Source: an uncultured Gemmatimonadaceae bacterium
GTDB lineage: Bacteria; Gemmatimonadota; Gemmatimonadetes; Gemmatimonadales; GWC2-71-9
Assembly (NCBI GenBank): GCA_964449145.1
Contig: CAYUYF010000001.1
Span: forward strand, 64,166 to 128,165
Direction: 5' to 3'
DNA length: 64,000 bases
Shown: piece by piece, positions 1 through 12,235 of the stretch
Position numbering within the stretch: the first letter of the stretch is position 1
Layout: every line of letters starts with the position of its first letter
Made by a program: the position numbers and the translations under genes
The notes under the pieces: generated by a model
What the model was told of the DNA's origin: nothing
Databases searched by the model: none
Seen by the model: only the letters and a program-made list of their open reading frames with translations

Positions 1-59
1 CGGGCGGGGCGGCCGCCGCCGAAGGGCGGGGGCCTCCTGCATTATTATTCAACTTGGAC

Positions 60-65
60 TATACT
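60..65 (+). promoter_or_regulatory. Possible -10 hexamer (TATACT) 5 nt upstream of the rpiB ATG (leaderless-type arrangement)
   Basis: TATACT at 60-65 lies inside the only AT-rich patch (41-65, ATTATTATTCAACTTGGACTATACT) of a GC-rich upstream region. The ATG is at 71. There is no Shine-Dalgarno in between and no convincing -35. Confidence 0.25.
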
Positions 66-70
66 CACGC

Positions 71-505
71 ATGCCCGAAGTGATTCCCATCGGCGCCGAC
101 CACGCCGGCTTCGCCCTGAAAGAGCTGCTCAAGCAGGAGCTGGCGGCTTTGGGCTACGAACCGCTGGACATCGGCACCCATTCCGCGGACTCGACCGACT
201 ATCCGGATTACGCGCATCCGGTGGCCCAGCGGGTGGAGACCGGCGAGGCGGCGCGCGGGATACTATTGTGCGGTACGGGCCTGGGGATGGCCTACGCCGC
301 CAACCGGCACCCCGGTGTCCGGGCGGCAGTGGCGTGGACCCCGGAAGTCGCCCGTCTGGCGCGGGCCCACAACGACGCAAACGTTCTGGTGCTGCCGGCC
401 CGCTTCCTGACCGAAACCGAAGGCCGCGAGATCCTGCGCGCGTGGCTGACCACCCCCTTCGAGGGTGGGCGGCACGAGCGGCGGGTGCAGAAGATCGAAC
501 CCTGA
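71..505 (+). CDS. rpiB: Ribose-5-phosphate isomerase B (RpiB/LacA/LacB family)
   Basis: 144-aa ORF. 'IGADHAGFALKE', 'LLCGTGLGMAYAANR' and 'NVLVLPARF' are conserved RpiB blocks. There is a 9-nt gap to glyA. Confidence 0.9.
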   Translation: MPEVIPIGADHAGFALKELLKQELAALGYEPLDIGTHSADSTDYPDYAHPVAQRVETGEAARGILLCGTGLGMAYAANRHPGVRAAVAWTPEVARLARAHNDANVLVLPARFLTETEGREILRAWLTTPFEGGRHERRVQKIEP

Positions 506-514
506 GGAGACCGA

Positions 515-1774
515 ATGCCGCTCGACCATAACGCCTCGCTTCGGCAGGCTGACGCCGCCATTGCCCGCCTGATCGATGATGAGCTGCACCGGCAGCAGCA
601 CGGCCTCGAGCTCATCGCCAGTGAGAACTTCGCCAGCCGGGCGGTCATCGACGCGATGGGCACGCCGCTCACCAACAAGTACGCCGAGGGCTACCCGGGC
701 AAGCGCTACTACGGCGGCTGCGAGGTGGTGGACCGGGTCGAGCAGCTGGCCATCGACCGCCTGAAGCAGCTCTTCGGGTCGGACCATGCCAACGTGCAGC
801 CCCACTCGGGGGCACAGGCCAACTTCGCCGCCTTCATGGTGCTCGCCAAGCCGGGCGAGACGATCATGGGCATGTCGCTCCCGCACGGGGGCCATCTGTC
901 GCACGGCGCGGCGGTCAACCACAGCGGCACGGTGTGGAAGGCGGTGCACTACGGCGTCGATCCCGCGACTGGCCGGATTGACTACGACCAGGTCCGCGAC
1001 CAGGCGCGCCGGGAGCGGCCCCGGCTGCTGATCGCCGGGGGGTCGGCGTACGCCCGTATCATTGATTTCGCCGTCATGCGGTCCATCGCCGACGAGGTGG
1101 GCGGCCACCTCCTGGTGGACATGGCCCACTTCGCCGGGCTGGTGGCGGGCGGGGTGCACCCCTCGCCGGTGCCGCACGCGCAGGTCGTCACCAGCACCAC
1201 CCACAAGACGCTCCGGGGTCCGCGGGGCGGGCTGATCCTGAGCACGGCGGAATTCGCGGCGGCCATCAACAAGTCGGTGTTTCCCGGCACGCAGGGTGGG
1301 CCGCTCGAGCACGTCATCGCCGCCAAGGCCGTGTCGTTCGGCGAAGCGCTGGAGCCGGAGTTCAAGAAGTACGCCCGGCAGGTCGTGGAGAACGCGCAGA
1401 CGCTGGCCGCCGCGATGGTGGAGCGGGGGTTTGCGATCGTCTCCGGCGGCACTGATACGCACCTCATGCTGGTAGACCTCCGGCCCAAGAACCTGACGGG
1501 CAAGGCCGCCGAGGCGGTGCTCGACCGGGCCGGCATCACCGTCAACAAGAACACCATTCCCGACGACCCGCAGTCCCCGTTCGTGACCAGCGGCATCCGC
1601 CTCGGCACGCCGGCGCTCACCACCCGGGGCATGGGAAAGGCGGAGATGCGGCGGGTGGCGGAGCTGATCGACACCGTGCTCACCTCGCCGGACGACGTGA
1701 CGGTGCAGCGCGTCAAGCACGAGGTCGGAGAGTTGACCTCGTCATTCCCCTTGTATCGTCCGCGTCGCGCTTGA
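515..1774 (+). CDS. glyA: Serine hydroxymethyltransferase
   Basis: 419 aa. Contains 'LELIASENF', '[14 protein letters not shown]' and the PLP-lysine block '[16 protein letters not shown]'. A GAGGAG Shine-Dalgarno lies 5 nt upstream of the ATG. Confidence 0.97.
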   Translation: MPLDHNASLRQADAAIARLIDDELHRQQHGLELIASENFASRAVIDAMGTPLTNKYAEGYPGKRYYGGCEVVDRVEQLAIDRLKQLFGSDHANVQPHSGAQANFAAFMVLAKPGETIMGMSLPHGGHLSHGAAVNHSGTVWKAVHYGVDPATGRIDYDQVRDQARRERPRLLIAGGSAYARIIDFAVMRSIADEVGGHLLVDMAHFAGLVAGGVHPSPVPHAQVVTSTTHKTLRGPRGGLILSTAEFAAAINKSVFPGTQGGPLEHVIAAKAVSFGEALEPEFKKYARQVVENAQTLAAAMVERGFAIVSGGTDTHLMLVDLRPKNLTGKAAEAVLDRAGITVNKNTIPDDPQSPFVTSGIRLGTPALTTRGMGKAEMRRVAELIDTVLTSPDDVTVQRVKHEVGELTSSFPLYRPRRA

Positions 1775-1831
1775 CCCTCGGCGGCCCGGGTCCTAGCTTC
1801 GCTATAACCGATCCAGGCCCACACCGAACCC

Positions 1832-2248
1832 ATGCACGAACTGCAATTCGCGACACAAACCCTGCTCCGGATCCGCGCCGAGGACAGCCGCTACCACGAG
1901 CGGGCGTATCTGTTCATGCTCGGGGCCATCGAGTTTCTGCAGTCCAGGCTCGAGATCCGGCGGCATGTCACCGGCGCCGAGCTGGCCTGGGCGTGCCGGG
2001 ACTACGCGCTGCGCCAGTTCGGGCTGATGGCGCCCAGCATCCTGGAATATTGGGGCATCCGCTCCACCGAGGACTTTGGCCAGGTCGTCTTCACCCTCGT
2101 CCGCGCCGGCCTGCTCGTGACCCAGCCGAACGACCGGCCACACGACTTCACGGGCGTCTTTGAATTCGACGCCGCTTTCGGCGAACCGTATCCGTGGGAA
2201 GGAATCGGGGCGCTGCGGGGACCGGCGATCGGTCCGCTGAACGAATAG
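1832..2248 (+). CDS. Conserved hypothetical protein (tentatively Minf_1886/TIGR04138-like)
   Basis: 138-aa ORF with normal GC3 codon bias. Contains 'RYHERAYLFMLGAIEF', 'RHVTGAELAWACRDYALRQFG' and 'WGIRSTEDFGQVVFTLV'. The family name is recalled from memory only. Confidence 0.6.
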   Translation: MHELQFATQTLLRIRAEDSRYHERAYLFMLGAIEFLQSRLEIRRHVTGAELAWACRDYALRQFGLMAPSILEYWGIRSTEDFGQVVFTLVRAGLLVTQPNDRPHDFTGVFEFDAAFGEPYPWEGIGALRGPAIGPLNE

Positions 2249-2360
2249 CCGGTCCGGCCGGCGTGGTGCGCCCCGCCCGCCGTCCTCCGGTCACCTGCCT
2301 CCGCACGACCGAACCGCCGAGCCGCGTCTCCCGTTCCGGCCAGCTGCTTTCCACTTCTCC

Positions 2361-3920
2361 GTGACTCCCGTGTCCCTCCCGGTCCTCTCGCCAGCGCAAT
2401 CGTCCGACTGGGATCGTCGCGCCATCGCGATGGGCATCTCACTCGCGACCTTGATGGATGCTGCGGGCAGGGCCGCAGCGGGAGTCATTGCGGCCCGGTT
2501 TGCCGATCGGCTGCCGGGGGGCGTCCTGGTGGTGACGGGTCCCGGTCACAACGGAGGAGACGGCTGGGTCATTGCCCGGGCGCTGCACCGGCTCGAGGTG
2601 CCGGTCTTTGTCGCGCCCCTCGCGGGCGAGCCCGCCAGCCTCACGGCTGAGATGGTCCGGCTCGCCACGGAGGCCGGGGTCCGGACCGTCGAGCCTGACG
2701 GGCCATGGCCGACGGTAGCCCTGGTCGTGGACGCCCTTCTCGGGACCGGCGCCAAGGGGACGCTCCGACCTGCCGCCGCGGCCATGGTCGAGCGGATCAA
2801 CGACCTGGCTGTGCCGGTCGCGTCGGTGGACGGCCCCACCGGCGTCGATCTTTCCACTGGGTTGAGCCATGGGCCTGCGATCACCGCGGCGCTCACCGTG
2901 ACGTTCGGCGGGGTTCGACGGGGCCACCTGCTGGCCCGGGATGAAAGTGGCGATGTGACCGTGGTGGACATCGGCCACCCGGCAGCCGATCCGGCACTGC
3001 CCCGGCTCCTCACCGATCGGGATGCGGCACTGTTGCTCGGGCGCTTCTCGGCCCGGAGTCACAAGGGAGAACGGGGCCGGGTGGTGGTGATCGGCGGATC
3101 CTCCGGGATGGAGGGAGCCGCCCGCCTTGCCGGGCGGGCCGCCTTTGCCGCTGGAGCCGGGCTGGTCCACGTGGTGGCGCCGGCGGAGACGATCCAGATC
3201 GTGAAGGGCGCCGAACCGGACCTGCAGACGCTGACCCATTCATTTGCCGTGCCGCTGGCTGCAGACCTGACCTCGCTCCTGGCCGGGGCGGACTGCGTGG
3301 TCATCGGCCCGGGCCTTGGGCGGGGAGCCGGGCGGCTGGAGTTCGTGTGCGCGGTGGCGCGGGCGTGTCGGCGGGTCCTGATCGACGCCGATGGGCTCAA
3401 CGCCTTCCAGGGCGATCCCGGCGCGCTCACCGCGCTCGCGGCTGAGCGGACGGTGGTGCTCACCCCCCATGCGGGGGAATTCGCCCGGCTCTTCCCCGCC
3501 CACGCTGCTGGTCTCGACCTCGACCCCTGGTCCGCGGCGGCGGCGGCGGCGGACTCCGGGGCGGTCGTGTTGCTCAAGGGTGTCCCCAGCGTCGTGGCCG
3601 CCCGGGGCGAGGCGCCGGTCACGGTGGCGGCCGGCAATCCCGGCCTGGCGACCGGTGGAAGCGGGGACGTCTTGAGCGGAATTGCCGGTGCGCTGCTTGC
3701 CCAGGTTGAGCCACCCCAGATGGCGGTCGCGGTAGCGGCCCAGGTCCTGGGCCGGGCGGCCGATCAAGCGGCGCGGCGGACCACGGCTCGGGCGCTTCGC
3801 CCCATGGACGTGATCGGGGCACTGCCAGACCTGTGGCGTGCCTGGGAGACCCTCCGACGGGTCCCGCCGGCAAGCCGGCCACCGGTGTTGCACGAGTTCC
3901 CCGCACCGCAGCGCTGGTAG
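2361..3920 (+). CDS. nnr: Bifunctional NAD(P)H-hydrate repair enzyme (epimerase + ADP-dependent dehydratase)
   Basis: 519 aa with a GTG start. The N-terminal half carries the YjeF_N motif 'GPGHNGGDGWVIARAL'. The C-terminal half is a carbohydrate-kinase-type dehydratase ('HKGERGRVVVIGGS', 'TPHAGEFARL', 'GGSGDVLSG'). Confidence 0.9.
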   Translation: MTPVSLPVLSPAQSSDWDRRAIAMGISLATLMDAAGRAAAGVIAARFADRLPGGVLVVTGPGHNGGDGWVIARALHRLEVPVFVAPLAGEPASLTAEMVRLATEAGVRTVEPDGPWPTVALVVDALLGTGAKGTLRPAAAAMVERINDLAVPVASVDGPTGVDLSTGLSHGPAITAALTVTFGGVRRGHLLARDESGDVTVVDIGHPAADPALPRLLTDRDAALLLGRFSARSHKGERGRVVVIGGSSGMEGAARLAGRAAFAAGAGLVHVVAPAETIQIVKGAEPDLQTLTHSFAVPLAADLTSLLAGADCVVIGPGLGRGAGRLEFVCAVARACRRVLIDADGLNAFQGDPGALTALAAERTVVLTPHAGEFARLFPAHAAGLDLDPWSAAAAAADSGAVVLLKGVPSVVAARGEAPVTVAAGNPGLATGGSGDVLSGIAGALLAQVEPPQMAVAVAAQVLGRAADQAARRTTARALRPMDVIGALPDLWRAWETLRRVPPASRPPVLHEFPAPQRW

Positions 3921-3925
3921 CACAA

Positions 3926-5481
3926 ATGCGTGTCGCGCTGCTGTGCTGCCTCTGCCTCGTCGCTCCACTGGCCGCCCAGGGCCGGGACTGGCAGCCAGAG
4001 GAGCGCGCCGTCGTGGGCGATTTCACCCGGATCGTGGCCGTGGCCACCTCCCTGGATCGGGTGTTCGCGGTGTCGCCTTCGGCGCTGCTGGTCTACGTCC
4101 CGGGGGAGCGGCGCTGGGAAGGGCCGTTCGTGCCACGAGACGCCGAGGCACTCCGGGAGGTGCGAGCGGCGTTGTTCGATCCGCTGGATGGCGGCATCTG
4201 GCTGGTCACCCGATCGGGCTGGCTCCGCTACGACCCTGCCATTCGGCTGTGGGAGAGCGGCACCGTTCCCGGTCTGATCACTGATGCGGCGCTCGACCAG
4301 GGCAACCCCGTCGGCGGGCTCTTTCTCCGGATCGGCAGTGGCTGGTACAGCGCCGGGCGGGGCGGGGTGGCCTTCCCGGCCTCCGCGCCCCGGCGCCCGG
4401 TCCGCCCCGCCAGCGTGGAAGAGGCGATCCGCAGCAACCCCGCCATCCACGCTTCCAGCGCATCACTCAGCATGGCCAGCCGGATGCGGGACATTCGCTT
4501 TCTCTCGGCAGCACGCGCGCAGGCCTCCACCGGGCTGGGCTGGTATCTCGGTACCAGCAGCGCCGGGCTCATCTTCTTCAGTGAGGGGTCGGGGTTCCCG
4601 GAGCTGATCCCGTACGGGCTTCCGGGCGAGCGGGTGGGCGCGGTCTTTTCCGGACTCGACGGAGTGTGGGCCGCCACCGACCGGACCGCCACGGTAGATC
4701 CCGCCATCACATTCGTCGGGCGGCGGCTGAGCCAGGTCCACTGGTATCAAGGCCCCCGGGCCACGGGCCTGCCGTTCGTGGCCGCGCGTCGCTTGGTGGG
4801 AGTCGGCTCCGCGCTCTGGCTGGCGACCGACAACGGCGTGGTGCGCTATGTCCCCGCGGAGGATGAGGCCACTCGGCTGGTCGGCGGCGGGCTGCCCGAC
4901 GCACGGGTGTACGACATTGCCCAGCGGCAGGGCAGCGTGGTCGCGGCGACGGTGCATGGCATCGCCCGATTCAGCGATTCGACCGGCTTCGTGCGGCTAG
5001 CGCCCAACTTCACTGGTCAGGCTCTGGCCGTCGCGCTCTCGGGCGACACCGTCTGGGTCGGGACCGCCTTGGGGTTGTTTGCCGCGGTGCCCGGCGAGGA
5101 CGACCTGCTCCAGCCCACCGCGCTGGGGGAGGCGCTCGGCAGCCGAGTGCCGGTGGTAGACATCACCTGGCGGGGAGACACCCTGGTGGCGCTTACGGAG
5201 GATCACCTGCTCTGGCGCGATCCCGGTACGGGTCGGTTTGTCCATGGCCCCCGGCTCGGCACCGCCCTTGGGAGACTGCACACGGTGGCCAACGGAAGTC
5301 GCGGGCTCTACCTCGCCGGCGACGTTGGCGTGGGTTTCGCCGGCCTGACCACGCCCGTGGTCAGGCCTTTCACCGCGCCGGGAGACCTGCCCGGCCAGGT
5401 GACCGACCTCGCCGTGGATGACGCCTATCTCTGGGTGGCCACTCTCCGCGGCCTGGTACGCTTCAGCCTGGACGTGATGCG

Positions 5482-5485
<4 letters not shown>
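3926..5485 (+). CDS. Secreted beta-propeller-like repeat protein (Reg_prop-type blades), function unknown
   Basis: ATG 3926 gives a signal-peptide-like 'MRVALLCCLCLVAPLAAQG'. The ORF-track start at 3833 would overlap nnr by 88 nt. Recurring blades (GIWLVTRSGWLRYD, LWLATDNGVVRYVP, VWVGTALGLFAAVP, LWVATLRGLVRFSL) suggest a propeller fold. Confidence 0.6.
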
Positions 5486-8115
<2,630 letters not shown>

Positions 8116-8192
8116 CTTGAGTCACTAGGATTTGCCTCCGTTCGGGAGCCCGGGCGGGTGGGAAGGCCACACCGTCGGGGTTGCCGGAACAG

Positions 8193-8266
8193 GGCTGGGT
8201 AGCTCAGGTGGTTAGAGCACGGCACTCATAATGCCGGGGTCGGCGGTTCGAATCCGCCCCCAGCTA
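8193..8266 (+). tRNA. tRNA-Met (anticodon CAT), elongator-type
   Basis: Hand-folded cloverleaf: acceptor GGCTGGG/CCCAGCT (G1-U72 wobble), D stem GCTC/GAGC, anticodon stem CGGCA/TGCCG with loop CTCATAA, variable GGGTC, T arm GGCGG-TTCGAAT-CCGCC. No encoded CCA. It resembles elongator tRNA-Met, but a lysidine tRNA-Ile2 cannot be excluded. Confidence 0.85.
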
Positions 8267-8394
8267 TACTCCTCACAGGCGGAGACTGTGATTTCGGCTC
8301 CGCGCACCGCGCCGAATCCGTACCCGGCGGTGCGGTGACCTGCTGCCATCATCGGCTTCGCGCGTGCTGTTGCAGCCCCCAGGGTCACTGGATG

Positions 8395-8425
8395 CCCCGC
8401 GCCCCCGTGGCGCGGGGTTTTCTGT
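8395..8425 (+). terminator. Rho-independent terminator
   Basis: Perfect 9-bp GC stem CCCCGCGCC (8395-8403) / GGCGCGGGG (8409-8417) with a 5-nt loop, followed by TTTTCTGTTGT. It lies 129 nt after tRNA-Met and 47 nt before the hydrolase ATG. Confidence 0.6.
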
Positions 8426-8471
8426 TGTCTGGCCGCTTGCGGCTCCCGGGTTCGAGGTTCACCTTGGCAGG

Positions 8472-9731
8472 ATGGATCGATTCCGCTCCGGTGACTTCCG
8501 CCACTCTCCTCCAGCCAGGTCGCTCGTGAATATCCGTACGCTACGGGGCGTGTTGCTGCTGCTCGCCCTTGCGGCCCAGCCGGTGTTGGCCCAGACGGCG
8601 TGGCCGGCGGCGCAGTGGCCCACCGCCGACCCCGCGGCCGTGTCCATGGATGGCGCTGCGTTGTCGGCGTTCGACGCGGCGATCGCCGCCGGACAGTACG
8701 GCCTGGTCGATGGTCTCCTGGTGATCCGCCACGGGAAGGTCGTGCTCGACCGCGCGTACCGGCACAACTACGACAGCATCAATGGGCCGTCGGCACGGGT
8801 GCCGGGCGCGCTCAACGGGCTCGACCCGAGCGGGCAGTACAACTACTTCAACCCATGGTGGCACCCGACCTATCGCCGGGGAGAGCTGCACTCCCTGCAA
8901 TCGGTGACCAAGACGGTCACCTCGGTGATCATCGGGACGGCGGTGGCACGGGGGGAGTTCCCGTCGCTGGACACGCCGGTCCTGGCGTTCTTCGATTCCT
9001 CCCGAGTGGCCAATGTCGACGACCGCAAGCGCCGGATGACCATCCGGCACCTGCTCACGATGACGGCCGGACTGGACTGGAACGAGGACCTCCCGTACGA
9101 GGACCCGAACAACAGCTGCATCATCATGGAGGCCAGCTTCGACTGGGTGGACTACGTCATCAACCGCCCGATGGCCCAGGAGCCCGGCGCCCGCTTCCGC
9201 TACAACAGCGGCGCCAGCCAGTTGCTGTCGCACATCTTCCGGGTCGCGACCGGCCGGGACATCGAGGAGTACGCCGCCCAGTCGCTCTTCGCCCCGCTCG
9301 GCATCAACGCCTGGTTCTGGAAGCGCACGCCGACCGGACTCCCGGACACCGAGGGCGGGCTCTATCTCAGCCGGCAGGATCTCGCCAGGGTCGCCTACCT
9401 GTTTGCCCGCGAAGGCCGCTGGAATGACCGGATCATCGTCACGCCAGAGTGGGTGCGGGAGTCGGTGGCCCCGAGCATCACGGTGGCTCAGGGCCTCAAA
9501 TACGGGTACAAGTGGTGGCTGGTCCCCTATGGGCCCGCAGATCCTCGGGTGGCGTGGTCGGGCTCGGGGTTCGGCGGCCAGTTTCCGCTGATCTTCCCAG
9601 ACTACGACGTGGTGGTGGTGGTGACCGGCTGGAACATCCGCGCGGGCGGGCCGGGGCTGTCGTGGCGGGTCATCATCGACCGTATCCTGGCCGCGGTGCC
9701 CGAGCATCGCCAGGAGCCGCGCCGGCCCTGA
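8472..9731 (+). CDS. Serine hydrolase, beta-lactamase/PBP4*-like family
   Basis: SxxK motif 'SVTKTVTS' and 'YNSGASQLL'. The signal-like 'LLLLALAAQPVLAQ' follows an alternative GTG at 8526. The ORF-track start at 8364 would run through the terminator at 8395-8425, so I place the start at 8472 or 8526. Confidence 0.8.
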   Translation: MDRFRSGDFRHSPPARSLVNIRTLRGVLLLLALAAQPVLAQTAWPAAQWPTADPAAVSMDGAALSAFDAAIAAGQYGLVDGLLVIRHGKVVLDRAYRHNYDSINGPSARVPGALNGLDPSGQYNYFNPWWHPTYRRGELHSLQSVTKTVTSVIIGTAVARGEFPSLDTPVLAFFDSSRVANVDDRKRRMTIRHLLTMTAGLDWNEDLPYEDPNNSCIIMEASFDWVDYVINRPMAQEPGARFRYNSGASQLLSHIFRVATGRDIEEYAAQSLFAPLGINAWFWKRTPTGLPDTEGGLYLSRQDLARVAYLFAREGRWNDRIIVTPEWVRESVAPSITVAQGLKYGYKWWLVPYGPADPRVAWSGSGFGGQFPLIFPDYDVVVVVTGWNIRAGGPGLSWRVIIDRILAAVPEHRQEPRRP

Positions 9732-9901
9732 GGGCGGTGCGGTCTGCATGACGGTGGAGCCCGCAGCGCACCTGACCAGCTCCTCGGGGTCCAGCAGCTT
9801 CCCTGTCTTGCCCGCTCCGGGCACCGTCCCCATGTTGGAGGCGGCGTCGATCCAGCTCAGGCCACTCGTCCGCGTCATCATCCTCGCCACGGAGGCCCTC
9901 G

Positions 9902-10228
9902 ATGCTCGTGCTCCAAGCGGTTCCCGCTCCCGGGCAGGACGCCTACCGGTTGTTGCGCGCCCGCATTCGCACCGCCAGCACCTGGGCGTGGAGCAACAAG
10001 GCCAAGACCAGACTCAAGCACGTGCAGCGCCCCAAAGGCGGGCATATCGCCATCTCCAATGCCAATGGCGTCCTGGTGGCTCATGTCCATCCCAAGACCA
10101 GCAACGACCTGTTCTATCTGGCCGAGAAGTTTACGGGCCGCCTCGTGGCCTGGTTTGAGACCGACCTGGTCGCCATCAACATGCAGTTCCTGGCCGATCC
10201 GCCTCCCCAGAAGCGCCGCCGGCGCTGA
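9902..10228 (+). CDS. Hypothetical protein (no family recognised)
   Basis: 108-aa ORF with GC3-biased codons and a GGAGG Shine-Dalgarno 6 nt upstream of the ATG. The C-terminus is basic ('PPPQKRRRR'). I recognise no motif. Confidence 0.4.
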   Translation: MLVLQAVPAPGQDAYRLLRARIRTASTWAWSNKAKTRLKHVQRPKGGHIAISNANGVLVAHVHPKTSNDLFYLAEKFTGRLVAWFETDLVAINMQFLADPPPQKRRRR

Positions 10229-10604
10229 CGGCGGTGAGTTCACCCTCCGCTGGTTGGCCTCGGGAGTCGCTGGCGCCTATTTGACATGGCTGCTCGTCGC
10301 CCTGTCCAGTCAGGCGTTGCCAGGCACCGTGGGGGCGGCTGGCCGGCCCGCCGGACCGGGAGTCACCTCGGAGGCCCCGGTGGTCGGGTTTCGGGTGCTG
10401 ACGTGGCTGGCGGGCAGGCAGTTCATCGGAGCCGTGGCCGTCGTCACCGGCGGCGGAGTGACAGCCGGGCGTCCCGCATGGCGTCTGTCGTGCCTCGTGT
10501 GAAGGCCCTGACGCGCGCCCGGTAGTTTGTGACCCAGCGCACAGTGGCCGGTACCGGAGTCGGGGCGGCTGGCGTTTCCACGTCCGCAGGGAATAGAATT
10601 AAGA

Positions 10605-12164
10605 ATGTCCCACCGATTCCCCGGTTGTGTATTCTCCCTTTGTGCCCTCCTCTCCTGTGGTGGCTCCAGCACGCCGAACATCATCGGGCCCGTGGCCAGC
10701 GTGACCATAACCCCAGCACTCGACACGATCTACCTATCAGCCACCGACGTCTTCACCGCCGTCGGGCGCGACGCCGACGGGCATGTCGTCACCGCAACCA
10801 CCACCACGTGGCAGGTCATCACCGGTGCGGTCGCCTCGGTTACCCAGACGGGGCAGGTACACGGCCTGTCGGCGGGGACCACGACTGTCACGGCCACGCT
10901 GGACGGCGTCACCGGACAGGCGACGTTGGTCGTGGTCGCCGCCCCGGTGGCCTCGGTCACCGTCACCCCCCAGTCCGACTCAGTGCCGATCGGCTCGGTG
11001 ATCCAGTATCAGGCGTTGGCGCGGGACAGCAACAACGCCGTCATCTTGGGGTTGTACCCCACCTGGAGCAGTACCGCCAGCGGGGTGGCCACGGTAAGCC
11101 CGGGGGGCATGGTCACCGGGGTCAGCCAGGGGACCGCCACCATCGAGGCCACGGTAGGAAGCACCGTCGGCGGCGGAGCGGTCAAGGTGCGGACGGCCTT
11201 CCTCCGGGGCGACACCGTGGCGACGCCAGTGATGGACCTCGCGGGGACCTACCTGTCGTTTGCCGGCCGCCTGTATCCCGGCGGCAATCAGATCCCGGTG
11301 GCGCACCTCGCAGCCGGTACGGCGCTGGGCCGCAGCGTGGTGCCGTTGGACATCAACGGCAACCCCAGTGCGATGGGCAAGTATGTGCTGATGTCCATCG
11401 GCATGTCGAACACCACTCAGGAGTGGTGTCACAGCCAGTGGGACGCGGCCTGCAACGCCTGGAGCTTCACCGGGCAGGCTCAGGCCGACCAGCAGGTCCG
11501 CCGAAGCGGACTGGTGATCGTCAATGGCGCGAAAGGAAGCCAGACCGCGCCGTCATGGGTGCCGGCGGGCGCCGCCAACTACATCCGCATTCGTGATTCG
11601 GTCCTCGTTCCCCAGGGCCTGTCGGAGCAGCAGGTCCAGGTCATCTGGCTCAAGCTTGCCAACGCCATGCCGGGAGTATCGCTGCCACACAACGGGGCCG
11701 ACGCCCTGCATCTCTACAGCCAGCTCGGCAGTATCCTCCGGGCCCTCAAGGTGCAGTATCCCAAGCTCAAGCTGGTCCTCATGACCAGCCGGGTCTACGC
11801 CGGGTACAACGCCATCCAGCTGAACCCGGAGCCCTACGCGTATGAGTACGGGTTCAGCATGAAATGGCTCATCGGAGAGCAAATCCGCCAGGTGGACAAC
11901 CCGTCCTCCGCGGCTGACCCGGCCACTGGCGACCTGGACTACACCACCGGCGTGGCCCCCTGGGCCGGATGGGGGCCGTATTTGTGGGCCCGTGGCACGC
12001 AGCCGCGCGCCGACGGACTCACCTGGCCCCAGACCTATCTCGAATCCGATGGGGTGCACCCGTCGGATTTGGGGGAGGAAGTCGTCGGGGCCGAGCTGCT
12101 GACCTTTTTCAAGACTTCTCCGGTCACGCGCTGCTGGTTTGCCACCAGCGGCACGTGCCCGTGA
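10605..12164 (+). CDS. Lipoprotein with two Ig-like (Big_2-type) domains and a C-terminal SGNH/GDSL-like hydrolase-type domain
   Basis: Lipobox 'CALLSC|GGS'. Two tandem units of about 85 aa begin 'VASVTITP...' and 'VASVTVTP...' and end 'TVTATLDGVTGQATLVV' and 'TATIEATVG'. The C-terminal 'SDGVHPSDLGEEVVG' resembles SGNH block V. Confidence 0.7.
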   Translation: MSHRFPGCVFSLCALLSCGGSSTPNIIGPVASVTITPALDTIYLSATDVFTAVGRDADGHVVTATTTTWQVITGAVASVTQTGQVHGLSAGTTTVTATLDGVTGQATLVVVAAPVASVTVTPQSDSVPIGSVIQYQALARDSNNAVILGLYPTWSSTASGVATVSPGGMVTGVSQGTATIEATVGSTVGGGAVKVRTAFLRGDTVATPVMDLAGTYLSFAGRLYPGGNQIPVAHLAAGTALGRSVVPLDINGNPSAMGKYVLMSIGMSNTTQEWCHSQWDAACNAWSFTGQAQADQQVRRSGLVIVNGAKGSQTAPSWVPAGAANYIRIRDSVLVPQGLSEQQVQVIWLKLANAMPGVSLPHNGADALHLYSQLGSILRALKVQYPKLKLVLMTSRVYAGYNAIQLNPEPYAYEYGFSMKWLIGEQIRQVDNPSSAADPATGDLDYTTGVAPWAGWGPYLWARGTQPRADGLTWPQTYLESDGVHPSDLGEEVVGAELLTFFKTSPVTRCWFATSGTCP

Positions 12165-12235
12165 CTCGGGGCAGCGCGTGCCTCGCCTGAATGCCCCCGG
12201 ATAGCGGTCCTACCTCTTCACCCCTGAGGCTGTCG

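Noticed and set aside
8193-8266. The CAT-anticodon tRNA as an initiator tRNA-fMet
   Set aside because: It has a paired 1-72 position (G-U) rather than the bacterial initiator C1xA72 mismatch. It also lacks the three consecutive G-C pairs at the bottom of the anticodon stem (CGGCA/TGCCG). Its D arm, variable region and anticodon loop resemble elongator tRNA-Met.
8335-8529. A Cys/His-rich 64-aa ORF ('MTCCHHRLRACCCSPQG...') downstream of tRNA-Met
   Set aside because: It spans the strong intrinsic terminator at 8395-8425 and the structured spacer. It has no Shine-Dalgarno and arbitrary composition. The region is more plausibly non-coding RNA structure.
9735-9890. The start of a minus-strand ORF reading 'MARMMTRTSGLSWIDAASNMGTVPGAGKTGKLLDPEELV' with a P-loop-looking GAGKTG
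   Set aside because: The frame has no stop until 8541, so it would run antisense through the whole serine-hydrolase gene. 'GAGKTG' alone is not a Walker A in context. I see no ribosome-binding site or family resemblance. I treat it as chance, although a decayed gene fragment cannot be excluded.
10059-10502. A 147-aa ORF overlapping the end of the 108-aa hypothetical gene
   Set aside because: Its first 170 nt overlap ORF 9902-10228 in another frame. Only the distal, hydrophobic part could be real, and it lacks a convincing start codon. It is kept as a remark in the findings rather than as a feature.
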